Source of the DNA: a virus
Taxonomy: Duplodnaviria; Heunggongvirae; Uroviricota; Caudoviricetes
DNA length: 64,000 nucleotides
IMG/VR virus record: IMGVR_UViG_3300017987_000047
Strand: one strand, 5' to 3'
The translations under genes were made by a program, and so were the position numbers. Below the pieces are notes generated by a model. That model did no database searches, was not told the DNA's origin, and saw only the letters and a program-made list of their open reading frames with translations. Each line of letters begins with the position of its first letter. Position 1 is the stretch's first letter. Shown here piece after piece: positions 10,632 through 21,481 of the stretch.

Positions 10632-12425
10632 TTAAGCCTCAAAAGGCTCCGTGATATCACGGAGCCTTTTTCTTAGCTCTTTTTCTTTTGGTTCATTAGC
10701 AAGTGCGCCTAAGCAATAATCTAGCTTTGAGTGAAGCTCTAAAACATTCTCTTCCGCGGAGTCTAGTCTACCTATTAACTCCCCCCACTCTTTCAGCCAA
10801 AGTTTTTCATTGAAAAACAGTTTTGAAAAGACCTTGGAGAATGGATTTTTAGTATCTTCCCAAGGTTTCTTTAGCCGGTCTAGCGCCTTGAAAAGTCTTT
10901 TATATTTCTTTTCGGCCTCTGCAAGCTCGGTTGTTAATTCTAAGAATTTTTGGAATTCAATATATACGCTGTCTTTTGATGGGTAGTTTTGAGTTTGTCC
11001 GATCTCGTTACATATTTCTTTATACCGGACATCAAATTCATCAAAATTATTTTGGTACTCTGTTAGGTCAAAAACGGGACCTTTTTCAAATTGAATTTCA
11101 AACCCTAAGTTATTAAAAATTTGATATACATCTTTCGCGGTTGTTTCGTAATGGAAATCTAAGGATGCTTTTTCGTCTTTTTTCTGAAATTCCTCCGGGT
11201 AATTTTCTACCTGGAAATACCTTTTATGCATTTCCGTTCCCTCCCCACGTATAATTTTTTCAAATAAATTAATTAAGAACTCTGACTTCTTTTTATCCCC
11301 CTTATAAACCAACTCTAAAGTTATTAAGGGAGTAATGATTAGGTCTCTTTCTAGTCCATTTTCTTGAAATTCCAAGAAATAGGTATAAAGGTCCATTAAG
11401 CTTGGTGTTTCCCCATAAGAGAAAACATCCTCCGTTAGTGGGTGGGTATGTGCAGTAAACTCATTATCCTTATGGGGTAAGATCTCTGCAGACGAGGGAC
11501 TTCCTTCCTGTTTTTTAATAAATTTTCGATTTCCTTTTTCGTCTATGGTATAAACTAGGGATTTCTCTCGAACTGCGTCCCACACATTAGAGCTTTTACT
11601 TTCGTTAATTTTAACAGTTTTTCCAAATTGCTCTTTTTCTAATTTTGGCAATTCTTCTTCAACCCAATCAAGTATTTTATTTAAGTCATGAGAAACAAGT
11701 TTTTTAATTTCTCTTTCTTTGCTCTTTTCTAAGAAATAAAGGTCTGTTTTTCGTAAATCGACAATTTTTCCAACGAACATAAACTCATTAAAAGTATAAC
11801 CATAGGTGATTCCCAGAATAATCCCAAGGGTTTTCCCAATTACCTTCGCTTTATTCCTTTTTCCATAAAATAAAAGAAAGTTTTCCTTTTCATCACTGAA
11901 ATTAGGTTGTACCTGATCTACTTTTAGGTCTTTGTTAAAATTAAGATAGGATACTTTTTTGAAATACTTTTTTAAGCGATGTTTAACTTTAACTATTTGA
12001 GCATTAAGTTGCTTTTCTTTTGCTTCGAATAGGAAATGAGTTGCTTTTGCTAGGTTTTCAACTTCTGTTTTTTCATCAAGGCTATATTTTAAAAAACATT
12101 CCTCGTCCTTTTCTGTTTCTTCCTGTAAAATCCGGCTAAAGTCAATAGGTTCAATAAAATATATTAAATCTTCTTCAAAAAACTCATATCCTGTTATATT
12201 GTTATTATCAAGGAATAGCGGGATTTTAGTTTGTTGGTTGATCGCAACAAGAAGGTCCGAATCTGTAAATCTTGATTTTTTTGTTTTGAAAACGATAAGA
12301 GTATCACTAATATTATAATAACAGTAATTGAGAAATAATGCGACGTTTTCCTCGGATTCGATTGCCCGACTGACTGGGACGAGGTAGTCCCCCTTAGCTA
12401 CTATAATATAATAATTATTGTCCAT
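10632..12425 (-). CDS. Hypothetical protein with JAB/MPN (JAMM)-like metallo-domain and C-terminal coiled coil
   Basis: E...AHTHP-x10-PSLMD pattern. Confidence 0.55.
   Translation of the reverse strand: MDNNYYIIVAKGDYLVPVSRAIESEENVALFLNYCYYNISDTLIVFKTKKSRFTDSDLLVAINQQTKIPLFLDNNNITGYEFFEEDLIYFIEPIDFSRILQEETEKDEECFLKYSLDEKTEVENLAKATHFLFEAKEKQLNAQIVKVKHRLKKYFKKVSYLNFNKDLKVDQVQPNFSDEKENFLLFYGKRNKAKVIGKTLGIILGITYGYTFNEFMFVGKIVDLRKTDLYFLEKSKEREIKKLVSHDLNKILDWVEEELPKLEKEQFGKTVKINESKSSNVWDAVREKSLVYTIDEKGNRKFIKKQEGSPSSAEILPHKDNEFTAHTHPLTEDVFSYGETPSLMDLYTYFLEFQENGLERDLIITPLITLELVYKGDKKKSEFLINLFEKIIRGEGTEMHKRYFQVENYPEEFQKKDEKASLDFHYETTAKDVYQIFNNLGFEIQFEKGPVFDLTEYQNNFDEFDVRYKEICNEIGQTQNYPSKDSVYIEFQKFLELTTELAEAEKKYKRLFKALDRLKKPWEDTKNPFSKVFSKLFFNEKLWLKEWGELIGRLDSAEENVLELHSKLDYCLGALANEPKEKELRKRLRDITEPFEA
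10641..10670. terminator. Perfect 30-bp palindrome, probable bidirectional intrinsic terminator
   Basis: AAAAGGCTCCGTGATATCACGGAGCCTTTT with A/T runs on both sides, at convergent gene ends. Confidence 0.7.
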
Positions 12426-12585
12426 TATTCCGACTCTTTTACTGAATATAACGGATATATTAGAAGAATCGAGTAATGAATTATGACAATACGGTTTTTA
12501 AGACGGCATAAGAAAACCCGGGATTTCAGATAGGAAAAGAAAACCCGGGTTGCTGTTTGACAACGGTAATAATGAATTAATACGC

Positions 12586-12599
12586 TATAAGGATTAAAC
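12586..12599 (+). promoter_or_regulatory. Recurrent upstream motif TATAAGGATTAAAC
   Basis: Second exact copy, in a divergent intergenic region that also has two AAGAAAACCCGGG direct repeats. Confidence 0.45.
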
Positions 12600-12621
12600 G
12601 GAAATTACTGGAGTTAAAAAG

Positions 12622-13514
12622 ATGAAAAGAAAGTTTTCAAATCTATTATATAGGCTCGCTAACCAATTAGAGTCCTTCCTTAAAACGGCAACTAACTTTG
12701 ACGTTGCCAACTTAACGGATGTTCGAGAATTACAGGATGTTTTATGCGCTAAATTGGAAGAAGCCTATAAAGAAAAAATAGATTTACGTAAGGAAGATAC
12801 AACTTTTTATAGAATTAAATCTTACCCAGCAGAAGTTTATATTGATTCTAAGGGATTATCTGGAGTCGCCCATCTTCATAAATTCGTAGCTCTTAATCTA
12901 GCCGGGAATGATAAAGCTATTTTAAAAGAAGAAGGGGGAAAATGGCTGCAGAAGATTCTCATGCGTATTCTTAGTGGAAGGGATTTCAGTAAAGTTCGAA
13001 ACCCTAAAGCTCTTATAAAGGATATCAAAAATCTCCCAGACTATGTTTCGTTTTTTTCCGCTAGGTCAAAGGCCCCTCTTACAACTTGCTACGATTATGC
13101 CAAAGAAATAAAAGGAGACCCCCAAAAGTTAGGGTTTTGGGGACGACGGAGAAAGGCTATAGGGTTATCGAGGAAGATCCCAGAATCCCTAAATATCTAG
13201 GAAGAGGGGGAGAACAAAAATTTGATCGCCCAATAGTTGCAAAACTCCGTTTTGCTTTTCCTCAACTTTTTGTTAATCTTACTAACCCTAAAACAAAACA
13301 TTGGGCAGATGTTTTCTTTGGCGAAAGCAGAAGAGTAATTGAAAAGCTAAACGATGAATTAAAGAAATATTATGAGGTATTGTTAAGAGCTAATCAGGTC
13401 CCAGTCTTGGATGCTCAAATTACAAGTATTAAAGATATTGAAATCCCTGCGAGTGACGAAGTTAATAAACTCGTGAATCAAAAGCTTTATGAAAAAGCTG
13501 CCAGATGCTACTAA
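12622..13514 (+). CDS. Hypothetical protein split over two overlapping frames (12622-13200 and the -1 frame to 13514)
   Basis: Second frame lacks a good start and looks protein-like after GAC CCC CAA AAG. Confidence 0.5.
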
Positions 13515-13643
13515 TCCTTATATAACCAAATCCATTACAAAAACGTAAAAACTTCAAATCTTTTTGCGTAATCTTGTCTTGATCTAAACGAATACCTAAG
13601 TATAATTAGAATATATACTAGATTTTTACATAAGGGTATTCTC

Positions 13644-16600
13644 ATGGCAACTCTAGGATTAGCTCTAATCGCTAAAAATAATGAAGATACTTTACCCCAG
13701 CTTTTAGAGAGCATTAAAGGCATGGTTGACCAAATTGTTTTGGTTGATACTGGGTCTACTGATAAAACAATTGAAATTGCTAAAAGTTATGGAGCTGAGA
13801 TTCACCATTTCAAATGGATTAATGATTTTTCTGCTGCCAGAAATGAAAGCTTCGGACACATTACAACAGATTATATACTATGGTTAGATACAGACGATAT
13901 AGTCTATCCGGAAGATGCTGAGAGAATCAAGAAATTGATGGAAAATCCGCAGCATGATCAATATCTTTTTATTTATGATTATGCCCACGATGAATATAAA
14001 AACCCTATTATGTCTTTCTTTAGAGAAAGAATTTCCAAAAGAAGCCTTGGTTTAAAGTGGAATGACCCTATTCATGAATATCTTCCGATGGCTTCAAATT
14101 ATAAGGAATGCCCAGATATTCATATACATCATTTCAAAACTGCAGAAAATGCTGCGGGGACATTTGAAAGAAATACTAAAATTTTAGAGGACGAGGTTAA
14201 GAAAAATCCTGCTAACGCTCGGGTCCAATTCTACCTTGCTAAGGAATATGGCGATGCAGGACATGCAGATAAGGCAGAGAAAGAATACCTAAAGTATCTT
14301 GAAATGCCCACGGGCTGGATTGAAAATAGATTTTCGGCATATCAAAAACTTGCTGAAATTGAAAGAGATCGAAAAAATTACGATAAAGCATTAGCCTACC
14401 TTAACGATTGCACCAAAATTAATCCAGACCGTGCGGAGGTGCTATGTCTCTATGGGGAGATATATAACGCGAAAGGTGAAACTAAAACAGCAATTCATTA
14501 TTATGAAAAAGCCACTTTCGAAGCCTCTAAAAACAACTTAGGCTTTAACTCTGTTCCCTATTCAACTTGGATTCCCAACCTTCAACTTTGCGTTTTATAT
14601 AATCAGCTAGGCGATATTTGGAAAGCTTACGAGCACAACGAAATCGCGTTATCCTATAAACCAAACGAACAGACAATGTTAAATAATAAAAAGATTCTAG
14701 AAACCGCAATTAAGGATAAACCAAAACCCGAAAAGAAAGACTTACTCTCTTTTATTGTTCCTTACGGAGATAGCGAAGGGTATGATCCTTTATATGCCTT
14801 GGTAGAAACTCTCAAAAAACAAGGAATTAATTCTCAGATTCTTTTTTATTTATGGGGGCCTTATCTTGCGGATAGGCCAACAGAACCACCTAAACCAACA
14901 AAAGTCCCTTTCCGGCTCATAGATAAAATATCAAAAGCAGATTTAAGGGATTCAACCCACGTTGTTTCTTGTGAGTGGTGGTTAAACATTTTTATTAATG
15001 ATTACACTGCCACCGAAATTATTAAATCCTATTATATGATGGGGGACCCTTACGCCATTTGGCCAAACCAGGCAGAAGATATTACGGCTGCTTTAAGGCT
15101 CCCACTAAACAAGCTCGCATCAAACTTAGAGAATAAAAAGGTTTTTGAAACTAAAACTAATTCACTTATTGGAATTCTAAACGAAAAAACAGCAGGAGAA
15201 GTTTTCTCAAATATGGAAAAAATAGAAAAATTAAAAAATACGCAGTTAAAAATTGGGTGGCTCTGTCCGGTCAATAAGGATTTTGGGCCTATTAGGCTTA
15301 GAGCTCATAACATTGACAAGTGGTTACGAAGCGTGGGGATTGACTCCCTTTTCTTAATTCCACTAGACCCTGATACAGTTGAATGTGATGTCTATATTGC
15401 TAGCCACCACTATAACCTTGAACATTTTAAAAAGGTTAAACAAAAAGGCAAACCTCTTATTTTAGATATAGCTGAAGATCTATTTGAGCTTGTCCCGGGG
15501 TATAAGGAAGCTGTTGCGGCCGCAGATTTTGTTACTTGCTGTAGTACGGAGTTAACAAAAAGGGCCAGCCAATATAATTCTAATGTAATTACAATTAAAG
15601 ACAGTATTGAAGTTCCCTTGGGTCTTAGCCCCCAACATTCCTCTAAAACAGGAGGTCTAAAAATTGGGTGGATGGGTTATCAAAATAATTTCCAATGGGT
15701 TAAAGAGCTTCAACCACTAATTAAAAATCTGGGACATGAGTTAATTGCTGTGCATGAAGGGAATGAAAAACTAGCAGACCAGGATATAAAATGGAGCCCA
15801 ACATTTTATGAAACCCTACAACAGTGTGATATTTTGATCGCGCCTGTAAACGTAGAACTGCAAGGGGCAAAATCGGATAACAAATTAGCTACCTACCTTG
15901 CTTTAGGAAAGCCGGTTATTTGTGGCCCCATGCCTTCCTATATTGAGCTTCAGAAGGACTCTTCGGACTTTATTGTAGCCCGTTCGGTAGAGGAATGGGA
16001 AAGGGCATTTGAGGCTTTAAGGGACCCAAGCCTAAGGAAGACCTTGGGGCTAAAGGGCCTTAATTATAACGAGAACAGCATTAACAAGATTGGAATTTCT
16101 TGGGTTGAGTTTTTATCACAATTTAGCAAAACAACTGAAAGCCAACCAACTGAAAAGATAGTTGTAGGGGATACGCAAGAGGATATTAAGTTAAATATTG
16201 GGTGCGGGCCTTTTAAGTTTCCTGGGTTTATAAATATTGATATTGATCCTGAATATATGCCAGATATAATTGGCGATGCAACAAATCTCAAGGAATTTAA
16301 TGACGATTCTATTAGTTTTATTTTCTCCGGTCATACCTTAGAACACCTAAAAAATCCTGAGGATGCTTTACAGGAATTTTATAGGATTCTAAAGCCAGGA
16401 GGAAGAATAGAGTTAATTCTTCCAGATTCGGATAAGGTAGCAAGAGCTTATTCTGCTGGAGAGTGTGATTTCGATACCTTGGCACAATGGACTATTGCCA
16501 GTGATGGGGACCACAAAGTTTTATTTTCTCAAGAAAAGCTTTTGCAGATGGTCCAAAAAGCTGGGTATGAAAAAGTAGAAAGTTTTAATTTGAATGGGTA

Positions 16601-18554
16601 TCCTTGGGTTGTTGTTCCTGATATTAATAATCCTGTCCCAGAACCCTATCATTGCACAGCGAGAGGATATAAGCCAGGGTCCTCCCTAAAACTGACTAAG
16701 CCTCTTAATTTAGATTCTAAGAAGGTAGATATTATAATCCCGACAACAGAAGGGAATGAAGAATACTTATATGAATGCATTAAAAGTGTTCGGGAAAATA
16801 CGGAGCATCCCTACGCAATAACCGTTATTAAGTCTAATGTTAAAAATCCCGAGAAATTCGATTCCGAATTAGAAGAACTAAAATTAGATGATTTAATTTA
16901 CGATGACGACCTTTTAACTTTCTCCCAAGCCTGTAATGAAGCCATTAAAGAGTCAGATTATCCTCTTGTTCTAATTCTAAATGACGATACTATAGTCTCT
17001 AAAGGCTGGTTGCGGGGAATGGTGGACTGCTTAGATGATAAAACAAGAATTGTTGGGCCTTTTAGTAATTGTGACTTTGGATGGCAACATCAACACGTTA
17101 TTCAAACACAAAACTTAACGCTTGTTCCTAATATGCAGCTTGATCAGGTAGAAAAGCATCTTTCAGAGATTTATAGCTATAAACCTTCGTTTAATGAACG
17201 AAAAGCAGAAAGGGATTGGGTTGCTTTTTATGCCACTTTATTTGACCGTGCCTTATTTGAAGAACTAGAATATCTTGACGAAGGTTTTGAGAATGGCGGG
17301 GAAGACGTAGATTTTTGTAACAAAGCAAGAAAAGCAGGATATAAAGTAGCCTATTGTTATGACAGTTTTGTATTTCATTTCGGACAAATTAGTCGAGGAA
17401 AAAATTTAGAGGAATTTGATAAGAAGAATCTTAATAGGCTGGAAAATAAGCAAAAATCAGTAGTATTTTACACTGGGCCTGCCTGGGAAAAATGGGCTCC
17501 TCCAATGATTGAAACTACAGGCCTTGGGGGATCCGAGACAATGGCAGCAAAAATTGCTGAAGAGCTGCATAAACTTGGATTCAATGTTAAGGTTTTTAAT
17601 GACTGTAGGGATTTAGCAGGCGATTACAATGGGGTTGAATATATCCACCACGAAAAGTTTGGCGAATATGTTGCTAATAATGAGATGGATGTATTCGTTT
17701 CTTCTAGAGTCCCTTGGATCTTTGGATTAGATATTAAATCAAAAGCAAATCTCTGCTGGGTACATGATATTTGGCTTGCGCAAGATCCAAATACTTATAT
17801 TGGGCAGGATAAGGTAGATAAATATCTTGTTTTAAGCCCTTGGCATCAAAAATTCTTTAGCGACCACCATAAGATTTCCACGGATCAAACGCATCTTATG
17901 CGGAATGGAATCAGCCTAGAAAGATTTAAGGAGTCGCCTAAGAGGAATAAAAATCGAATTATTTATTCAAGTTCCCCAGATCGGGGGTTAGATGTGCTAT
18001 TACAGCTATTCCCTCAGATGAGGGCTAAATACCCAGACTTAGAGCTCCACGTTTTCTATGGGTTCGATAATTGGAATAAGAGTATTGAAAAAAGTGGAGA
18101 CGCAAATCAAAAACGCTGGAGAGACCAAATTATGGAGATGTTGAAGCAGCCTGGGGTAATTAGTCGAGGAAGAATTGGGCAAAAAGACCTAGCAAAAGAG
18201 TTTGGGAAGTCGTGGGCTTGGACCTATCCAAGTATGTTTACGGAAACTTTTTGTATCACTGCTCTTGAGTCGATGGCTGCCGGAACTCCTTGCCTCTGTT
18301 CGGATTATGCTGGCTTACAGTCAACTGCAGGAGAAGCAGCCTGTCTTGTTTTTAAGAAAAGGTTTCAACATGGGGATAATTACACTCCAGAATACCAAAA
18401 AGAATTTCTTGAGAAATTTGACCGCCTAATGACTGATGAGCAGTATTGGGAAAAGTACCATAAGCTTGGTCTTGAAAAGGTAAAACACTTTACTTATGAA
18501 AAGGTGGCCCAGTCCTGGTATGAATTAATCAATAACCTTTTGGAGAATAAATAA
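13644..18554 (+). CDS. 1636-aa multidomain glycosyltransferase: GT2-TPR, GT4-like, SAM methyltransferase, GT2, GT4
   Basis: LVDTGSTD..WINDFSAARN..WLDTDD; TPR helices; KSDNKL; LNIGCG..HTLEH..LKPGG; LNDD..GGEDVDFC; YSSSPDRGL..ETFCITALE. Confidence 0.88.
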   Translation: MATLGLALIAKNNEDTLPQLLESIKGMVDQIVLVDTGSTDKTIEIAKSYGAEIHHFKWINDFSAARNESFGHITTDYILWLDTDDIVYPEDAERIKKLMENPQHDQYLFIYDYAHDEYKNPIMSFFRERISKRSLGLKWNDPIHEYLPMASNYKECPDIHIHHFKTAENAAGTFERNTKILEDEVKKNPANARVQFYLAKEYGDAGHADKAEKEYLKYLEMPTGWIENRFSAYQKLAEIERDRKNYDKALAYLNDCTKINPDRAEVLCLYGEIYNAKGETKTAIHYYEKATFEASKNNLGFNSVPYSTWIPNLQLCVLYNQLGDIWKAYEHNEIALSYKPNEQTMLNNKKILETAIKDKPKPEKKDLLSFIVPYGDSEGYDPLYALVETLKKQGINSQILFYLWGPYLADRPTEPPKPTKVPFRLIDKISKADLRDSTHVVSCEWWLNIFINDYTATEIIKSYYMMGDPYAIWPNQAEDITAALRLPLNKLASNLENKKVFETKTNSLIGILNEKTAGEVFSNMEKIEKLKNTQLKIGWLCPVNKDFGPIRLRAHNIDKWLRSVGIDSLFLIPLDPDTVECDVYIASHHYNLEHFKKVKQKGKPLILDIAEDLFELVPGYKEAVAAADFVTCCSTELTKRASQYNSNVITIKDSIEVPLGLSPQHSSKTGGLKIGWMGYQNNFQWVKELQPLIKNLGHELIAVHEGNEKLADQDIKWSPTFYETLQQCDILIAPVNVELQGAKSDNKLATYLALGKPVICGPMPSYIELQKDSSDFIVARSVEEWERAFEALRDPSLRKTLGLKGLNYNENSINKIGISWVEFLSQFSKTTESQPTEKIVVGDTQEDIKLNIGCGPFKFPGFINIDIDPEYMPDIIGDATNLKEFNDDSISFIFSGHTLEHLKNPEDALQEFYRILKPGGRIELILPDSDKVARAYSAGECDFDTLAQWTIASDGDHKVLFSQEKLLQMVQKAGYEKVESFNLNGYPWVVVPDINNPVPEPYHCTARGYKPGSSLKLTKPLNLDSKKVDIIIPTTEGNEEYLYECIKSVRENTEHPYAITVIKSNVKNPEKFDSELEELKLDDLIYDDDLLTFSQACNEAIKESDYPLVLILNDDTIVSKGWLRGMVDCLDDKTRIVGPFSNCDFGWQHQHVIQTQNLTLVPNMQLDQVEKHLSEIYSYKPSFNERKAERDWVAFYATLFDRALFEELEYLDEGFENGGEDVDFCNKARKAGYKVAYCYDSFVFHFGQISRGKNLEEFDKKNLNRLENKQKSVVFYTGPAWEKWAPPMIETTGLGGSETMAAKIAEELHKLGFNVKVFNDCRDLAGDYNGVEYIHHEKFGEYVANNEMDVFVSSRVPWIFGLDIKSKANLCWVHDIWLAQDPNTYIGQDKVDKYLVLSPWHQKFFSDHHKISTDQTHLMRNGISLERFKESPKRNKNRIIYSSSPDRGLDVLLQLFPQMRAKYPDLELHVFYGFDNWNKSIEKSGDANQKRWRDQIMEMLKQPGVISRGRIGQKDLAKEFGKSWAWTYPSMFTETFCITALESMAAGTPCLCSDYAGLQSTAGEAACLVFKKRFQHGDNYTPEYQKEFLEKFDRLMTDEQYWEKYHKLGLEKVKHFTYEKVAQSWYELINNLLENK

Positions 18555-19348
18555 TGCCTCGCCACTTTATTATCGGGTGTCAGCGTTCTGGCACTACAAT
18601 GCTTGAAGGTGTTTTGAGAGCTCACCCAGATTATAATTATTTTTGGGGCGAGCATAAAGACGAAACGAAGTTTAACAAGTTTCTTGGGCGAGGGGAAAGC
18701 TCCTACGACCAAACAAAATATTTCTTTTGCTACACTGAAAAGCTTATTGGCTACAGAATTCCTGAATTAACCTGTAGTCAAGATATTTTGGACCTTGCAA
18801 CTATCCCAGGAAATAAAGTTGTTGGGATTATCCGGCATCCTCTAGATGCCTTAATCTCAATGCTAAAAATGGAATGGGTTGCTCATTATGCTGTACAGCA
18901 GCTTGATTATTCGCTTAATGGGTGCTATGGAAGGAGAGGCTGTTATCAATCCCCTGAATATCATGATTTTTTAGTTAAAAACCAAGAAAAAATTAAAAAA
19001 TGTATTAATGCTGGCCTCCCGCTGGAATCTGCCTGTTATGTCTGGTTACTAACGTCTTACAGGGTAGAACATCCCACAGTTATAAAAATAAAATATGAAG
19101 ATTTCGTGTCTGATGTTAAAAATCAATTAATTAGCCTATTTAACAAATTGAATTTATCTCCAATTGACTTAAATAAATATTTTGAAAAGAAACAAAAGCA
19201 GGATGGTGGTTACGCTAATTCTGATTTTTCAAAAATACCAAATGCTGGGTCCATTGGAAAAAATAGGCATCTTCTATCAAAAGACTTCTACAAGATAATT
19301 AAAGACATCGTAGGAGAGCGAGCTGAGGAACTCGGGTATGAGCTTTAA
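18554..19348 (+). CDS. Sulfotransferase
   Basis: 5'-PSB GCQRSGTT, RHPLDALIS, YEDFV. Confidence 0.8.
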   Translation: MPRHFIIGCQRSGTTMLEGVLRAHPDYNYFWGEHKDETKFNKFLGRGESSYDQTKYFFCYTEKLIGYRIPELTCSQDILDLATIPGNKVVGIIRHPLDALISMLKMEWVAHYAVQQLDYSLNGCYGRRGCYQSPEYHDFLVKNQEKIKKCINAGLPLESACYVWLLTSYRVEHPTVIKIKYEDFVSDVKNQLISLFNKLNLSPIDLNKYFEKKQKQDGGYANSDFSKIPNAGSIGKNRHLLSKDFYKIIKDIVGERAEELGYEL

Positions 19349-20747
19349 TCCAACGTTATCTTTTTATTTTAGTATAGACCTAAGCCACGAAATCTTATTA
19401 TTTCTATCGGCTTTTAAGGAATTAGGTTATACGGTACGTGTTTTCTGTAAAGCACCCCTTCGCTTCGCGAAAAATTGGAAACAACTTCAATTTATTCGAA
19501 ATTCAGAATTTGAAAGGATTAATAGTATTGGGGATTCTCCCATATTAGTAACAGAAGATCCTCTTATTTTTGAAGCGCCCTCCCCGCAACAAAAGTTTTT
19601 TTGGAATTTACATGGTATCCAAAATATTTCTTCAGCGCATGGAACAATTATGCCAAGAGAGCCTGTGATTGACATTAATTCCATTCCTCAAAAAGAGAGA
19701 AAGAGCCTCCAACCCCAGGATTATCGGCTGATAGCACAAAAATGGGTTTCAGAGTTTAAAATTTTTCCTAATTCTTTATTACAAATTAAACCAGATAATT
19801 ATGATTTTGTCCCTAAAGCATACCCTTATAACATTTGTTGGGTAGTTAATTATCCAGAGATTTTTTCAAATAAAAGCGAGAATCCATCCTATCGGATTTT
19901 ATGTGAAAACCAAAACGAGCTTTTTAATGATGCTGGAATAGTATCTGATATTACAGATAGGCTAGACTCTACTTTATATAATTACGATGTTTTAATCTTT
20001 GTTCGGTTTGGGCCCGAAGAATTAAAATGGATACAATCCTTACAGGGCCTTGGAAAAAAGGTTATTTTCTTACACGACGAAAACCTCTATAATCTCCCAT
20101 ACCTGGAGGACACTTGGAGAGTAGTTGATGCCGTGGCATGTACTTCTACAAAATTAATGGAAAAGGTTAAAGAACAAGCGGGAAGAGGTGACCATCTTTT
20201 TCTTAATAATTGTAACCACGATATTATTGAAAAAACATATTATCACCCATACACTACAGAAGATCCTCTTGTGGGTTGGTGCGGGTTTAGTAATGAAGAT
20301 CTTGCGACTCAAATTTTAAAACCCCTTCTTGGCCGAAACAATATAAGATTACAATTTTTAACGGATATTAGTAAAGGGGATATCGTTGATCGTATTTGGG
20401 ATTTAGACTATCATATTGACCATATTAATCAATTTGATATTTTTGTGGCTCCTATGCGGCATGATTATTTTTATGCTAAAAGCCATGTGAAATTGTCTAT
20501 CCCTGCCCTTTTAGGAATTCCTATTGTTGCTTCTCCCCTAGAATCGTATCAATATATAATCGAGCACGGGAAATCGGGGTTTTTCTGCGAATCCTTCGAG
20601 GATTGGGAATATTTTATTACCATTTTGAAAAATCCTGAATTGCGGAAGGAAATTGGTCAGGCAGGGAGAGCTAATTTCTTAAAATACCATGGGAACAAGA
20701 AGGCAACAGAAAATTGGATTAGGTTATTTGATAAATTAATGGGGTAA
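19338..20747 (+). CDS. GT4-like glycosyltransferase
   Basis: AKSHVKL, GIPIVASP, LRKEIGQAGR. Confidence 0.75.
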   Translation: MSFNPTLSFYFSIDLSHEILLFLSAFKELGYTVRVFCKAPLRFAKNWKQLQFIRNSEFERINSIGDSPILVTEDPLIFEAPSPQQKFFWNLHGIQNISSAHGTIMPREPVIDINSIPQKERKSLQPQDYRLIAQKWVSEFKIFPNSLLQIKPDNYDFVPKAYPYNICWVVNYPEIFSNKSENPSYRILCENQNELFNDAGIVSDITDRLDSTLYNYDVLIFVRFGPEELKWIQSLQGLGKKVIFLHDENLYNLPYLEDTWRVVDAVACTSTKLMEKVKEQAGRGDHLFLNNCNHDIIEKTYYHPYTTEDPLVGWCGFSNEDLATQILKPLLGRNNIRLQFLTDISKGDIVDRIWDLDYHIDHINQFDIFVAPMRHDYFYAKSHVKLSIPALLGIPIVASPLESYQYIIEHGKSGFFCESFEDWEYFITILKNPELRKEIGQAGRANFLKYHGNKKATENWIRLFDKLMG

Positions 20748-20750
20748 ATA

Positions 20751-21479
20751 ATGATCGATATTTATATGACAAGTTTTTACCGGAAACAATTTACAGAAAA
20801 AACAGTCCAGCTGATTCACGAAAGGACAATTCCCGGAACTTTTCAAATTCATATTTTCGATAATGGTAGTGACAAAGAAACAAGGGACTTCCTATATGGA
20901 TTACTAGATACTGGTAAAATTGCCTCTCTTCATCTGGATTCCAGAAATACTGGATGCCTTTATAATAAAGGCGTTTTTCATATAATGACAGAGGTTACTA
21001 GTAAATATTATATTGTCACTGATAATGATATTTACCCCCCTAAATTAGATCCAGATTGGTTAACACAAATTTTAGGCATTATGGAGGAACACCCCGAATT
21101 AGCTTTTCTTACTCCACAACTTCCTCCGGTACAATTACAAATGCCATACCAAAAACTGGATGACATTATTTACTGTAAAGCCGTTGGTAATACATTTAAG
21201 GTTGTGAGAAGGGAAGCATTCCCCTTAGAGGAATTTAAACCTCAATTGATGAAATTTGGTGATGACGGTTGGGTAAGTGACGCTGTTCATAAAAAAGGAT
21301 GGAAAGTCGCTTTCTGTAAAGACCTTTTCTGCTGGCACGCTGGCCAGTGTGAAAACTGGGGATATACAAAACAAGAGGAATTAGATAAAGACCCAAGGAA
21401 AGCAGGGTATGGAGCACCTTTCATATACCAGCCGAACAATGAACTAACTTACGAACCGCCGGAACATTTAAGGTTTTAA
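20751..21479 (+). CDS. GT2 glycosyltransferase
   Basis: IFDNGSD, VTDNDI. Confidence 0.8.
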   Translation: MIDIYMTSFYRKQFTEKTVQLIHERTIPGTFQIHIFDNGSDKETRDFLYGLLDTGKIASLHLDSRNTGCLYNKGVFHIMTEVTSKYYIVTDNDIYPPKLDPDWLTQILGIMEEHPELAFLTPQLPPVQLQMPYQKLDDIIYCKAVGNTFKVVRREAFPLEEFKPQLMKFGDDGWVSDAVHKKGWKVAFCKDLFCWHAGQCENWGYTKQEELDKDPRKAGYGAPFIYQPNNELTYEPPEHLRF

Positions 21480-21481
21480 CA

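Noticed and set aside
10632-10720. C-terminus of the JAB-like protein (ALANEPKEKELRKRLR) as a 15th tag
   Set aside because: Lacks the invariant Thr and AK and has different spacing
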